Below, one piece after another: positions 16,101 through 28,456 of a stretch of 64,000 bases of DNA. The stretch lies in assembly GCA_001179505.1 (NCBI GenBank), contig CDMY01000219.1, forward strand, positions 99,155-163,154, written 5' to 3'. Position numbers and translations under genes: made by a program. The stretch is from Vitrella brassicaformis CCMP3155. Its lineage: Eukaryota > Protista > Chromerida. A model generated the notes under the pieces. That model saw nothing but the letters and a program-made list of their open reading frames with translations. It had not been told where the DNA came from and ran no database searches. Within the stretch, counting starts at the first letter, position 1, and every line of letters starts with the position of its first letter.

Positions 16101-17301
16101 ACGTGTGTAGCGACGCTTTATCTGAGTATCCCTCCCTGGTCGCACGTTCGTACCTCCACCCATCCCTGGCCGAAAGTAGACACCCAGATAGACAGAGAGC
16201 ATCATTACACACGTGTGGATGTCTGGGTATTGCTTACCATGATAGCCCCCGCCTGGCAGACCTTCCGGTCCTTTTGGCCGCAGAGCTGGCACACGTTTCG
16301 GATGACGCGCTCGTCACGGGGGAATCGGTCGAAAAAGGTGAAGGCCAGACAGCCCGGCACCCCCTTGCACAGGTCGTGGCATTCGTCCAGAGTGATATTC
16401 TCGACGCCCTCCCGGTAGTGATGGCGAGTGTTGGAGAAGAGGCAGGCCACTGAGAAGAAGCGATTCGGCAGTAGTTGACACGAAAAGGCCTCATGCATGT
16501 TTTACCGTTATACTCGAAGCAAGGAGACCGAAACGCACCTGCAATCCAGTCCAACGGACACCGGAAACAAGCGCGAGTTCGTTTCGCACGACAGAGGGCC
16601 GATTCTCTTTGCTCGTTTCCTGGTGCCGGCCGACCTCTGTCGCAGTCCATGCTGTATTTCCCGCCGGACACATACCAGTTGGCAATCCCGTTCTCACTGG
16701 TCTCCTCGGGCATGTGCCGGCGCCCGGCATCGGAGCTCTTGAGGAAGCAGCCCTTGATTCTCGAGAATGTCCACCCCTTGCAGGCGTCATATGCCTGACA
16801 CCCTCTTTGGCAGTCGCTGACACACATAGAGACAGCACAGCACAGCAGGTGCAGCAGTGCACACGTGTATGTGTGTGTGTGTGCGTGACAGTTACTAGGG
16901 ACGCGCCACCATGTGCCCCAAGGCGTTGACATCCAACCCGACGGACGGCGCCTCATCGACGTCGTTGATGCCAGTCGTGCTGACGATCACAGGCTCGCTG
17001 AGGTTGTAGCCCTCGTAGTCGAAGTCCCACTCGTAGCATGACGCGTTTGGGGGCGGAGCCACTGTCGCTTCCGGCGTCCCGAAGCATATGCCACTCCTTC
17101 GGCCATCGGGTGCGCATTCGACATCTGAACAACGCAACCACCACTGCATATGATGCGGCTGCGTGTGGCTGCCGTGCACCACCCAACATGCCTACCTTCA
17201 GGCGTCTGCACATTCTGCCCCTGGACCAAGCCAAGGAAGCAGGCGCTGCCCATGAGCGCCAGCAGCACATGGGGGCGATGAATGCGATGCGGCGCTGTCA
17301 T
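13163..17301 (-). CDS. Membrane protein with signal peptide, several PAN/apple-like Cys modules and ~7 predicted TM helices; multi-exon
   Basis: Leader MTAPHRIHRPHVLLALMGSACFLGLVQG. PAN-like patterns: CQRGCQAYDACKGWTFSRIKGCFLKSS, ITLDECHDLCKGVPGCLAFTF...CQLC and CREEPDCEAFSSSQFKCMLW. Hydrophobic segments follow from VDLYVIVFLLAAGLLTFAAYV to LTALLLTLINTCGVIV. Stop TGA at 13163-13165. Confidence 0.7.
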
Positions 17302-17738
17302 CCCGACCGAGGGCTCAATGAGTAAGACAGGCAGATCTCCCTCCACCCAGCCAGACAGGTGTATCCTGACGACAGAGATGAGAGAGAAAAGTGCAGCTCT
17401 CTCTGATTGAACACCTCTGCTATAATCACCTTACACTATGTAGTCCTGTCTGCTGATCTGGTGCTCCGCCTTTTGGTTGGTTGGTTGGTTATTGTGTTTC
17501 ACGAGACTCGTGTCTGTAACCCCCGGAGGGACCCTGTCATATCGCGCACTAAACTAGCAGCATGTACATGCATATGCATGCACACGGCCTGTCTACCCGC
17601 AGCACCTCAAAAAGCGGCCGGCTGTCCGTCGACCAGCGGTACGGCATGCCACTGACGGCATAAAAACCACGTACCCAACAGCGGTTTGAGTGCCTCTCCG
17701 TCGTCGCTCGACTTGCACCGATTCCCATTCACTCGCAC

Positions 17739-19333
17739 TCATGCCCCTCTGGTGCCGTAGCTGTTGTTGATGCGCTGCAGCTGGAACTCGCCTGCGGTGA
17801 TGGCGGGGTAGGCCTTGCCGGGACCCTGTTCACAAACATCACACACCGGGTCCGACCCACTCGCCTGGCCCTTTATGCTGACCTGGATCACTGCAGAGTA
17901 GTTGGCTTGCTGCACACAACACACAGAATTTTACGGAGGGGGCATGGATGGATGGATGGATGGATGGGCGAGTGTCCATACGTGTGTGGCGGGTGTCTGT
18001 CTGTCTGTCTGTCTGTACCGTGAAGAAAGCGATCGAGTACCGTGGCCCCATGTACTCGCCCTCCCTCGGCAGCCGCACGCGATGCCAAGTGGACTTGAGG
18101 CGATCGTCTGACCAGCGCTTCAGCATGTCACCGATGTTGACCTGTTGAAGACATGCACACACACACACATAGACGTACACACCGGCAGATATTGACTGAT
18201 CATGTGGCAGCATCCTCCTCTGGCCTGCTGACCGTGATATCTCCCAGCCTGGGCTCGACAGGCGACCACTCCACCTTGCCCTCGAGGGCTGCCTTTCCTC
18301 CACACACCTCCAGGCCACCCTGACCCTCACGCTGATACAGCAAAGTCAGACTGTCCCCTGCATCCACACATCCATCCATCCATCCATCATCTAACACACA
18401 CTGACGCACTGCATCTGCCTCCTGTCTGCTGCCCTGCTCACAGTCGGTGTGTGCGCCGGCCCGCCAGTAGCCTGGAGCGAACGTCCTTCCAGTGCAGTCG
18501 TGGTAGTGCAGCAACCGCAGGGCGATCTGCGAGTCCTCGGCGTCAAGGTCGTGCAGCAGGTTGAAGAAGTCCGGCTCGAACCCCAGTGACTCAGCAAAGC
18601 ACTCGAACAGCTGCTTGGCCACTTTGTAGGACGTCTGCAGGCAAGCAGGGCATATCAACACCAGGATGGGACGTGTGTGTGTTTTGCGGCAGTATACCCA
18701 CCCGCATGAACTTGATGACGAACTCTTTGAAGCCAGGCAGGTCGTCCTCCGATGGCCAGAAGTCACGCGTCATGGCACGACCAGACATCTGGCAGTGCAG
18801 GTAGAGAGGAGAGAGCACCACACATCAGACGTAGCGTAGCATGTTCACACGAATGTCCGGCTTCTTCCCCTCCCTCCCTCCCTGCCCACCGTGAAGCTCT
18901 CCTTTTGGTCAGGAGTGCCTGTGGACGGCCGGATCTGGGCGAGATACTCGAATCCCGCATTGAACTCCTTCTTGTAGGCGAGCGCCTGCTTCTTCTCCAT
19001 CGGCAAGGAAAAAAACTGCTCGCTGCAGCACCACACGACACAAACAACATAATCATGCACGCACACACGCCACCGTCCGCGTCTTCATCTGTGTGGTGGG
19101 TCGGCTGACCTGTAGTCGAACATCTTGGCAATCATGTCCTTCGGCACGAGGTGGTTGACCAGCTGGAAGAACCCGATGTCTGATGCCGCCTCCCACACTC
19201 GCTGCCGTATCTCCTTCCTGCAGCTGTCAAAGGAGGACATGTCAATCTTCTCTATCTTCTTGACGGCGATGACGCCATCGCCGCCAATGCCGCCCTCATA
19301 TGCGTTCTCGTCCTGATCATGCGCAACCACCAT
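17739..19333 (-). CDS. 2-oxoglutarate/Fe(II)-dependent dioxygenase (IPNS/DIOX_N family); multi-exon
   Basis: IDMSSF...WEAASDIGFFQLVNHLV, LRLLHY, the HTD iron-binding motif, VNIGDMLKRWSDDRLKSTWHRV and RYSIAFF (RxS). Confidence 0.92.
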
Positions 19334-19768
19334 CCTCGTTGCGCGGATCTATGTAGGCAAACAAGCTGCTGAGGGAGCTTGGCAGCGAAGCGTTGCAGGC
19401 GTTCCTTCGTTCGCTATCAACAGGGGAGGAAGCATTCGGCTCTCATGCGAGCTCAGAAGAATCCTCGCCAGATGGCCAAGAAGGGATGTAGCAGAAACGA
19501 CACGCCGTCGCACTGCTCGCCATCCAGTGATCGATTTGATCGTGAGGCCGCTTTCGCGGCCTCACGGCGAAAGCGGTGGATGCATCCGGCCCTTCATCGG
19601 CACGCGCCATTGCAATGCTCGCGATTCATTGTCAGTTGCACCCAGCACATAAGGTCCATACGTGCACTGCAGCTGAGTCTTTTCTGTACATGTCTCTTGT
19701 CGCAATGCCAGCGTCACACGCCATTGCCAATTCGTTGCATTTGATGTCAGCCGGATTATCTCCGTGAA

Positions 19769-21301
19769 TTATTGGCCCTGGAAGTAAGGAGGCAGCCCTT
19801 CAGGCGGCGGCGGGTTCTCCCGCGTGAAGTAGGCTGGCTGACTCCCCTTCGGCTTGTGTGGCTCCGCCTGCGGCTTCTTCGCCGGTGGTCCGCCTGGCCC
19901 CTCGTGAACCACATGCTGTGGAACACCTGGTTGCTGCTGCACCACACGCTGGAACGGCAGTGGTTCGTTTTTCTTGACCTGCGTGTAGACGACATCTGGC
20001 GGCAGAAGGTCCAACTCCGACTTGATTTTGTCGCTGGCCTCGCAGCGGAACTCCCAGGGCTTGAAAGCGTCGTCGGGGCGGCTCTCAGGCACCAGGTCCT
20101 TGCGCATCATGTAGCTGTACAGTGTGAAGTCCTTCTTGAGGCACCTACACGCGAAAGAGAAACAAACAACGTTGATTGACGATGCAATCGCTTTTCCACA
20201 ACATCTATTACCGCCTGCCATCACAGATACTGGGCCACCCGCACCCCAGGCTCCTCAGGTGAGACACTACCTTGCCCCTCACGTCGTCCATCCAGTAAGT
20301 GTCCCCCCGCTTGCCACAGGGGTCATCACACACCAGAGGGTCATTGCAGGGCGGGTCTCCTTCAGCCCCGCACAGGCTGAGATACTTGCCACCACGCTTC
20401 TCCTTCTTGTCCTTTGCGGGTTCTTCTTTCTTCTTCGCCGGCACCCCCATGTCGATTGTGTATGCGACGCCGCCTTTTGTCTTCTTGAGTAGAGGAGGCG
20501 GCTTCTGTCGTGTCTCGTCATCATAGAGGGCATCTTCAATGTTGACCAGCTTCGTGGCGGGGTACCTCGGGATAGCGAGGAGGCATCGCGGCGACAGGTC
20601 GCCGCTGTAGAAGCTTACTCGGGGATCCGCCTCATCGCTTGGGTCCTGCAGGCCAACAATATCTCCGAATCGACCGACATGGGTGATCTCGTGACTCACC
20701 TCCACGTTGTCCTGGAAGCGGTACGCGAGGGGTTTCAGGAAGCTGAGCAGAGTCAAGCCCCTCTTCAGACATCGAGGGCGACAGAAAGGCTCGCTGGCCG
20801 TCCGGCCGTCCAGTGTCATCCGAAGCCCCTCCTCCTTTAAGTCACAGCCCACGATGTTGAGCTTGGGCAGCAGGCCGTCAGGGTCATTGCTGGGTGCGCA
20901 TGGACTCCCACATGTACATTGAGGAGGACTGCATGTGTGCACATTGCAGTCCGTCCAGACGTGACAGGGCCAGAACGGGCCAGCCTTTCCACGAGAATCT
21001 GCGAAAACCACCGAAGAAGGGGTCCGCGTGCGTCATATCGACGTTTTGGTGCTCTTTACCGGCGAAGGCATGGGAGGAGAGAGAAGTAGTGGCATTTTGG
21101 AGCGAGCATGACCCATCTTCTGTACCTGCACCATTGCAAATGCATCTTTTTCTGTTGTGGCGGGTCCGAGTCGTCCTTCGTTTGCTGACCTTCTTTCGAG
21201 GAGCACTGACCACCTTTAAAATGTAGAGAGGAGCTGACATTCAGTGCAAAAAATGAGGGCAGTGCGCACAGGCACAGAGCGATGAACAGCGGACGTCCCA
21301 T
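19769..21301 (-). CDS. Hypothetical secreted Cys-containing protein with Pro/Gln-rich tail
   Basis: Signal-like MGRPLFIALCLCALPSFFA, then long open exons 20208..21011 and 19769..20224 with plausible GT-AG junctions. No family recognised. Confidence 0.55.
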
Positions 21302-21459
21302 CGTTGCCGGCTCCTCTCCCTTCTTTGCGAGCTTGGCATTGATCGACGTGCTATCCTGTAGGTGCTGTTGAAGCGTCGAATCTGAGTTTGGCCGGACGTT
21401 AGGTGACGCCCTTGTCACAGTTGCACTTAGGATCTGCGGTTCCATCCATCCATCCATCC

Positions 21460-22202
21460 ATGGATGTGTTATGGCTCTGGCGGCTCATGTCCTGGCTATG
21501 GCGACTGGTTCCAGAAGTTCTTATGGAGCGCCTGCTGGCGTTTGACCTCACCCAGCTGTCGTTCACCCAGCACGATCTCGACGATGCCTTCTTTGGGTTC
21601 ATCGACTGGCTGGCCCGGTCCTCGGAGCTGCCGTGGTTGTGCTATCTGGCCTCCTTATCCGTCATGGTTTATTTCTGGTTGACTCCTTCTGCGGTGGCCG
21701 GCCTCGGCGGCGTCATGTTTGGTCATCGATACCACAAAAGAACGCGTGAATGGGTGCTCGGGTTGGGTTTCCTGCTGATTGCGGGAATGCTCATCGGTCT
21801 GCGTTTCGGTCTCGGCGTCGCTTATGGGTTGATCTTCCTCATCTCTCTCATCATGCTCGCCGCCCTGTCATCCCAGCGCCCTCGCCCACCCCGTTGTGGC
21901 TATCGCACTGGGACACGGCGGGTGTTCCTCTTGCTGCTGGTGTACCTCTTCATCGGATGCTCCGACGGTCTGCCCATCAATGGGAGGATGCGATGCACAC
22001 ACAATGACACCCCTTTCCTGTCTGTGGTGTGTGGTGTGTGCAGGCATGTTGTCTATCGGAGGGCCGGCCATGTGCGGCAACGCCACACTCGGCGCCCGTG
22101 TCGTACCACCTGTGGTGCACCGTGAGCACACAACGGCCGACGGGCGCCAACACCACCAGCTTCAGCCGCTGTCTCATCCCCTCCCACGTCCTATTCCCGT
22201 AG
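21460..22202 (+). CDS. Hypothetical multi-pass membrane protein; 3' end uncertain
   Basis: ORF 21403..22125 contains 4-5 hydrophobic segments (e.g. WVLGLGFLLIAGMLIGLRFGLGVAYGLIFLISLIMLAAL). The first ATG is at 21460. Confidence 0.5.
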
Positions 22203-22421
22203 ATAGACAACGGAGCGCCTTCGCCCAATTGCCTTCCCCTTGTGTAGGGTTTTGAATCGCAGGGTTTAAGAAGAGACACGCCTCCCACCCACCCATTGTG
22301 AAGGCACACAGGCCACCCACCCACTGATGCGCCCAGTCTGAGACTTGTCTGAGACTGGGCGCAATTGACTGGGGGTGTGGGGGCCGAGACGGGAGAAGCC
22401 CGTGGAGACTCGAGAGGCAAG

Positions 22422-23228
22422 ATGAGACTGCTGGTGCTGTGCTGTGCACTAATCATCGCAGTTGTCGAGGCAGACAATGTGACAGGTACCATTCTTCCCC
22501 TGGCTGCTGGGCAGCCGAAGGGAGATTCTGAACCATGCTGTCCGTTCAGGTCGGACCCCCTTGTGCAACAATCTCTACTGGACAACTGAAGAGGACCTCT
22601 TTGTGAAGGCAACCACAGATGTGAACAACACCACAGCCCCAATCACAGCATGCGTCAGGTAGGCCAGCAAGGCGCCCATCTGAACACGTGTGCGGCAATG
22701 CCCTGCCCTCGCCAGGCGCACGGGGTCCGACCCACAGAAGGGCACGGAGAGCATGTGCAGCGACGTCACGCTTGCGAGCGAGTACGACGGGGCCAAGCCA
22801 TGCTGCAACATCCACCTTTGCGTCAACACAGACACACCAACCTTCAAAGCAGATGTGGGTGATCATGAGAATACATGTGCGTGTATCCGTCTACTGCGAG
22901 GCTCGACGGTGCGTTTCTCGTGCAGCCGATCACTTCAGGCCGGCTTGTGGAGGATGAGCATGCTGACTGGTGGTGCGAAGACCCTGAGGCCGGCACTCAG
23001 AAGTGGCGGGTGGTCTTAAGGTGGGTCAGCGAGCGAGACACAATCGATCAGCCACTGCCTGCGGTGTCTTCTCTTGTCAGCGCCGGATGCACTGAGGAAG
23101 ACATCATCGCTCCGGCTGTGCACTCCCCCAAGGAGCGCCTCTACAAGAAGCACACGGCAGCCCCGAGACACAAGCGACAGCCCACGCCACCCGTGGAAAA
23201 GCTCATCGCGTCACGGCATGACTGGTGA
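22422..23228 (+). CDS. Hypothetical small secreted Cys-rich protein; multi-exon
   Basis: Signal peptide MRLLVLCCALIIAVVEA, donor gtacca after VTG, then exons EDLFVKATTDVNNTTAPITAC, GTESMCSDVTLASEYDGAKPCCNIHLC, ADWWCEDPEAG and CTEEDIIAPAVHSPKERLYKK...HDW*. Confidence 0.55.
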
Positions 23229-24199
23229 TAGCCATGACCAGAGGAAGACGAGAAGAAACATGAGTGCAGCACATGAGCGACGTGGGATGACATTGTCGTG
23301 ATGTGCAAAAATGAGAAGAAGCCAGAACAATAGCTCTCATGAAGCCACGTCTCGCCTCAGCTACATCATCACACGGTCTCATCCACGCTGCGCCACTGCG
23401 AGAGGCCACACTGGCCGGCGTTTCTGTGCGTGAGCACACAAGCGCGTGCATCCGTGGGGATGAAGGAGGAGACATCCCATCGCACCCTCTGCAGAACCCA
23501 CAATGCTGACACATTGGACAGCCACACACATGGAGAGCACCAGGCCATTTGTCGTTCTCATGGCAGCGGCAGCCGGGCCATCAGTAGCGGGCAGCAGGGG
23601 GAAGGCCGCTTCTCGTCTGCTTTGCTTCCATTACGTCTTTGCTGGGCTGAGAGGGCGCAAGGAACATTGAGACGACTCTGGGGCGAGTGTGTGTAGATGT
23701 AAGTGCAATTCCTGCTTGGCCGTAGAGATCGCTTCACTCCCATCGCATCGCAGGTCTTTGGTATCTCGTGTCATCCAGTCTCATCCATCCCACGCACACA
23801 CAGAAACCAATCCATGACAACAAAACCGTCACGCACGCACGGCACGTCAGAGCATGCAGATAAGTGGCTACCTGTCTGTCTGTCAGTAGGGAAACGGTGA
23901 TGTGTGTCTACACGCCGCCGGAGAGACGTTGCACACAGGGATGCATGAGATGTAGATGGCAGGGGGAAAATGCTAAAGCCGTGACTTGAGCGGGAGGACA
24001 GGCAGACAGGCAGCCACTCACTTTGCTGGGCAACACACGATCCATCCATCCATCCATCCGTCCATCCATCCAGCCACGTGTCGACAGCACACAGACACAG
24101 CCAGGCAGACAGACCCCAAAGGGCTCTCCTCTTCCATAGGGCAGTTTGGACAGTCTTCTTTGTTTTAGATGGAAATTGGTGGGTTGCTGAAGGCTTTGT

Positions 24200-24975
24200 T
24201 CACCAGGGCAGGGGGCCGCAAAGTGAGATGGGGTCCACGGGGCCTTTGGCGTTCTGGCGCTTCTTCAGCAGGAGATAGCTGTCCCACACCTCATCGTCCT
24301 CAGGTCCCTTGGGCAAGGGGGGCGGGAGCGGCAGAGGGCCGGACACTTTGCGCATCATCCTCTTTTTCTTCAGCAGATACGAGTCCCAGGCCTCGTCGTC
24401 AGACTGACGTGTGGGGAACGAACAACACCACACAAGAAGCCGCTGTGTGTGTGTCGTGGCTGTGTCTTGGGGGTGTGTCTGTGTGTGGCACGAATGAGAG
24501 TATTACCCAGTCGATTTCGATATCCGGGCTGTTGGGTGCGTGCGTGCTGACGGCCGAAGCGCCTGCTCGCACCGACACACCACACACCATGCACCGTTCC
24601 CACTTTCCCCCCCATCGCAGTGCATACATACTCTGGATGTTTCCGATTTTCTGCAGAGGCCCCGTGAAGGCCACCATCGTCACCAGCAGGACCTGGCGCA
24701 CAGCAGCGACCAGCGACACGATGACGTCCCAAGCCCCCATCATGTTCTTCGCAGAAGTCGAGGCTGAGAACATGATGCCGGTCGACACCCGAATTCATGT
24801 GAACCCAGGCCAAGAACTTGCCCGTTCTGCACAGAACTTGTCGTCCCTTGTTCCTACCTGGTAGATGGAGCAGCTGCAGAGGACGACTGTGCAAAAAGTG
24901 GCCTTGCGGTGCGCTGCAGCCAGGGGAACTTGTGCTCGGTCCTCCGAGTTACGGCAAGTGGCACACTGCAAGACA
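24200..24975 (-). CDS. Hypothetical protein with one hydrophobic segment and a duplicated C-terminal motif; start not located
   Basis: Splicing gives ...FCTVVLCSCSIYQVLLVTMVAFTGPLQKIGNIQ. The last exon reads SDDEAWDSYLLKKKR...EDDEVWDSYLLLKKR...PW*. Confidence 0.4.
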
Positions 24976-25263
24976 ACAAAGGAACCAATTTTTGACTCTG
25001 CAGATGATCACGGAGAGACCAGAGGTGGGCACAGGTCATGCATGCTGGCTCTAATGATCATTCTTGACCACTCTGTGAGCCTCCAGTGAACCGCGGTGGC
25101 AGGGCGCAGTCCTGAAGGCATGCAATGTGACTCACCTACCGATCACACCGATGCCGGTGAGTGAAGAAAGGCTGATTCGAGAAAGGCTGGGGATGAGAAG
25201 CGACCCGTGTGTTTACCGCCCCTCGAGCTGTGTTTCGCGTACCCTAAGGCTCGGGAGGCAAGA

Positions 25264-26768
25264 ATGGACGACGATGATTTTCCTGCTTTTCCGGTTCGAC
25301 GACCAGCAGCCAGATCTGCTTCGACCGGCAACGCCTTGCGCAGCTTGCTCAGCGGCAACTCGAGGGTGAACAGTAGTGATGACAACCTGGAAGGTGTGGT
25401 GGACAATTCGGTGGGCGTAGGCGAGCGGCAGGGAGGGGAGGGGGGACAGCGCCGACACCAGATAATGGTGGAGCATGGAGGGCGCTGGGAACGTGTGGAA
25501 GTTGACAGAGAAGATTTCCCACCGCTGGATTTGCCTGGGTTTCGTCCTAGTGCTCGGCCTATCCGGATGGTTCATCCCGCAGACCCACCTCCCAGCCACT
25601 GGGGACGACATCCTCCCAGCGGAGCGCTTCTGACCTTCGCGTAAGACCAGAAGCACAGCTTGTCCTCCGGTCAATGAGGTGTGTGTGTTTTTGCAGTGAG
25701 ATCCGTCAGTCGACTTCTATCGTTGTCCAGGGCGAGCACGTCATCGACTCTATACTGTCGCGGTGTGACCCAGCAGAGCTGCAGGGCCTCCCTCCCCCGT
25801 CCCCCCCTCCCTCCATAGACAGCCAGACCACGGCCAAAGGTCACCAAGAAGGCGGCAGTGCTGCCGCTGGGTCTCTGCAGGCCACGTCGGCCGAGTACAG
25901 CAAGGGGGAGGGGGCGGGACCACAGCCTAGCAGCTCCAGTAGCGATGATTGTAGTGGTGGCGATGATGCGCGGCCGTCGCCTTCGACGTCAGCTAGCAGC
26001 GGGGCTGGTGAGGGCGGCATGGGCAGCGATTCGCGGCCATCGTCGTCTGGGGATGAGGGGAAGGGACAAGGGGGCGATGAGGCCAATAAAGCTGACGACC
26101 AGGTGAGCAAACAGGGAGGGCTTTTAGTGCACATGCACTCCATCAATGTGAGTGTGTGTGTGTGTGTGTCGTTCGGTCAGATGTGTCCGATTTGCTACGA
26201 TTTGAAGCGCGTTGGGGCCCCGCTACGGCGTATCGACGAGTGTGGTCATTCATTTCACAGTACAGATCAGAAACACAGTCGCACACTGCAGAGAAGAGCG
26301 GCCGTATGTCTATCTGTTGGTGTCTGTCTGTCTGTGTCTGTCGGTCGGTCAGTGCACTGTCTGGATGAATGGCTAGTCAAGAAATCCACGTGCCCGATAT
26401 GTCGGCTCAACCTGCGTGACGCGGCGGTACGAAATGCAAGACACGGACAAACACAGACAGACCCTGCCCCCGCCTTTCAAATGGATGTCATGTCCATTGG
26501 TATGCAGGCCCGTCACCGTTCGCTCGTCTGCGCCACTCCGAGCTCTCCCGTGTCCGTCTCCCCACACGCGGCGGGCCCCCAGTACTCACGACAGACATTC
26601 TTGCGGCACCGTGATGTGGGCCTCGCACACAGGCGTGCGGAGCGTCAGCGAGGGGTTCTCTGGGAGGCACCAGATGAGACCCCATCCTGGATAGACGACG
26701 ATGAGCAGCAACTTCGGGAGCCGGGGCCTGTAAGTCAGAATCCATGCCCATGGACGTGTGTACGCATC

Positions 26769-26799
<31 letters not shown>

Positions 26800-27902
26800 G
26801 TGTGCATTTGTGCAGGATATTGATGATCGTCCGTTTGTGCGCAGCCGCCCCCCGCTTCCGCGGACCGTCCGCGTGGAAAATCATTCCATCGATCCCGGCT
26901 TCTCCTTAGAGGAGGCAGCGCTGCGCCAGGCCTCAGAGGATGCAGCGCTGCGCCAGGGAGAGGATGCAGCGCTGCGCCAGGCACTGCAGAGATCAGCGAG
27001 GATGGTATGTATGCAAATCAATGGTGACTTGGCTGGATACAGCATGCAATGCTGCATCCCTCCTGTCCATTTCTGTCATGTAGGCGGGGCTGGAGGATCA
27101 CGACTCCGCGCGTGACGACTTGGCGGCGCGTCAGCGGCACATGCGTCGCATGATGCGCGTGCAACGGATGGTTACAAGGCACCCTGACCGTGCTCGGCCA
27201 CCCCCTCCCCCTCCCCCACCGCCACCCNNNNNNNNNNNNNNNNNNNNNNNNNNNNNNNNNNNNNNNNNNNNNNNNNNNNNNNNNNNNNNNNNNNNNNNNN
27301 NNNNNNNNNNNNNNNNNNNNNNNNNNNNNNNNNNNNNNNNNNNNNNNNNNNNNNNNNNNNNNNNNNNNNNNNNNNNNNNNNNNNNNNNNNNNNNNNNNNN
27401 NNNNNNNNNNNNNNNNNNNNNNNNNNNNNNNNNNNNNNNNNNNNNNNNNNNNNNNNNNNNNNNNNNNNNNNNNNNNNNNNNNNNNNNNNNNNNNNNNNNN
27501 NNNNNNNNNNNNNNNNNNNNNNNNNNNCCCCCACCCCCTCCCCTTGGACGTCCGCCACCCGGAGAGCTGCAACCACCAACTGACCCTAGCGACCCCGTGA
27601 TAAGATGGGGACCCTTACGTCGTCGTTTGCAGGATGGTGATGACGACGATGATGGTGCCCTTCCGTCGCCGAACTGGGGGAGACCGCACCGTTTCATGAG
27701 ACCAGCGGTCAGCGCACTCACCGTCACAACGGCACGCATTCTGCAGACATACGCGCAGCGCAGTCTGCACACGTGGGTATTATGTGTGTCATGTGTGTTC
27801 CTGCAGATGCGTGAGCGTCGCGAGCGATCTTCTCTGGAGGACGAGGCGAGGACCCTCCCGTCCAATATTCCACTCGGTTTCACTGGAGGACGGCTAGATT
27901 AG
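25264..27902 (+). CDS. RING-H2 E3 ubiquitin ligase with UIM-like repeats; multi-exon, crosses a gap
   Basis: Spliced CPICYDLKRVGAPLRRIDECGHSFHMHCLDEWLVKKSTCPICR (C3H2C3). Downstream is EEAALRQASEDAALRQGEDAALRQALQRS. Confidence 0.82.
26909..26998 (+). repeat. Three tandem 24-27 nt coding repeats (gagga[g/t]gcagcgctgcgccagg) encoding E[E/D]AALRQ
   Basis: Direct repeats are visible in the sequence. Confidence 0.9.
27228..27527. other. Scaffold gap (300 N) flanked by C-rich tracts
   Basis: Run of N. Confidence 1.
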
Positions 27903-28456
27903 GCCACTGGCAGGCGAACCACGGGTGTCTCCACGCCGCGTTAGTGCCAGCGGACCGGTTGCTTTGCTTAATTCTGAAAACAAGTCGATCTGTGTACGTG
28001 GCTGGCTGGTGCATGGGCGGGCCAGAGGCTGCATGAGTGTTCCAGGTGCGTGCCAGTCTAGATCCTCCCCACGCACGAGACGCGGAAGTGATGTCAACTT
28101 GCGCCGCCTTTGAGAGATCGCAATCTAAGAAATGCACTGCATCCGACTCGTTCGGATGCCAATGCGAACGAAACCGTGGTGTTGATGAGATGGGGAGCGT
28201 GTGTGCGCGAGGCTCATCGACGGCGACGGTCACCGTCGTCGCTCCCGAGCACCCCCTCACCTCTCTAAGAGCAGGACCGCTCCGCCACAACTACAGAAAG
28301 GCAAGCCAGACGAGGAGACGGCGGATGCATTGCATGCTGCCCCATTGCAATTGCTATTGTCGTGATGATTGACGACCGACCATTCACAGGTGACGAAAAT
28401 GAAGCCGAAAGAAATCGACACCGGGCCGCGGTCGCGGCGAAACCTCAAGCCCTCAT

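Noticed and set aside
26586-26984. Minus-strand ORF with PGAALHPL repeats
   Set aside because: It is the antisense reading of the E(E/D)AALRQ repeats in the RING gene.
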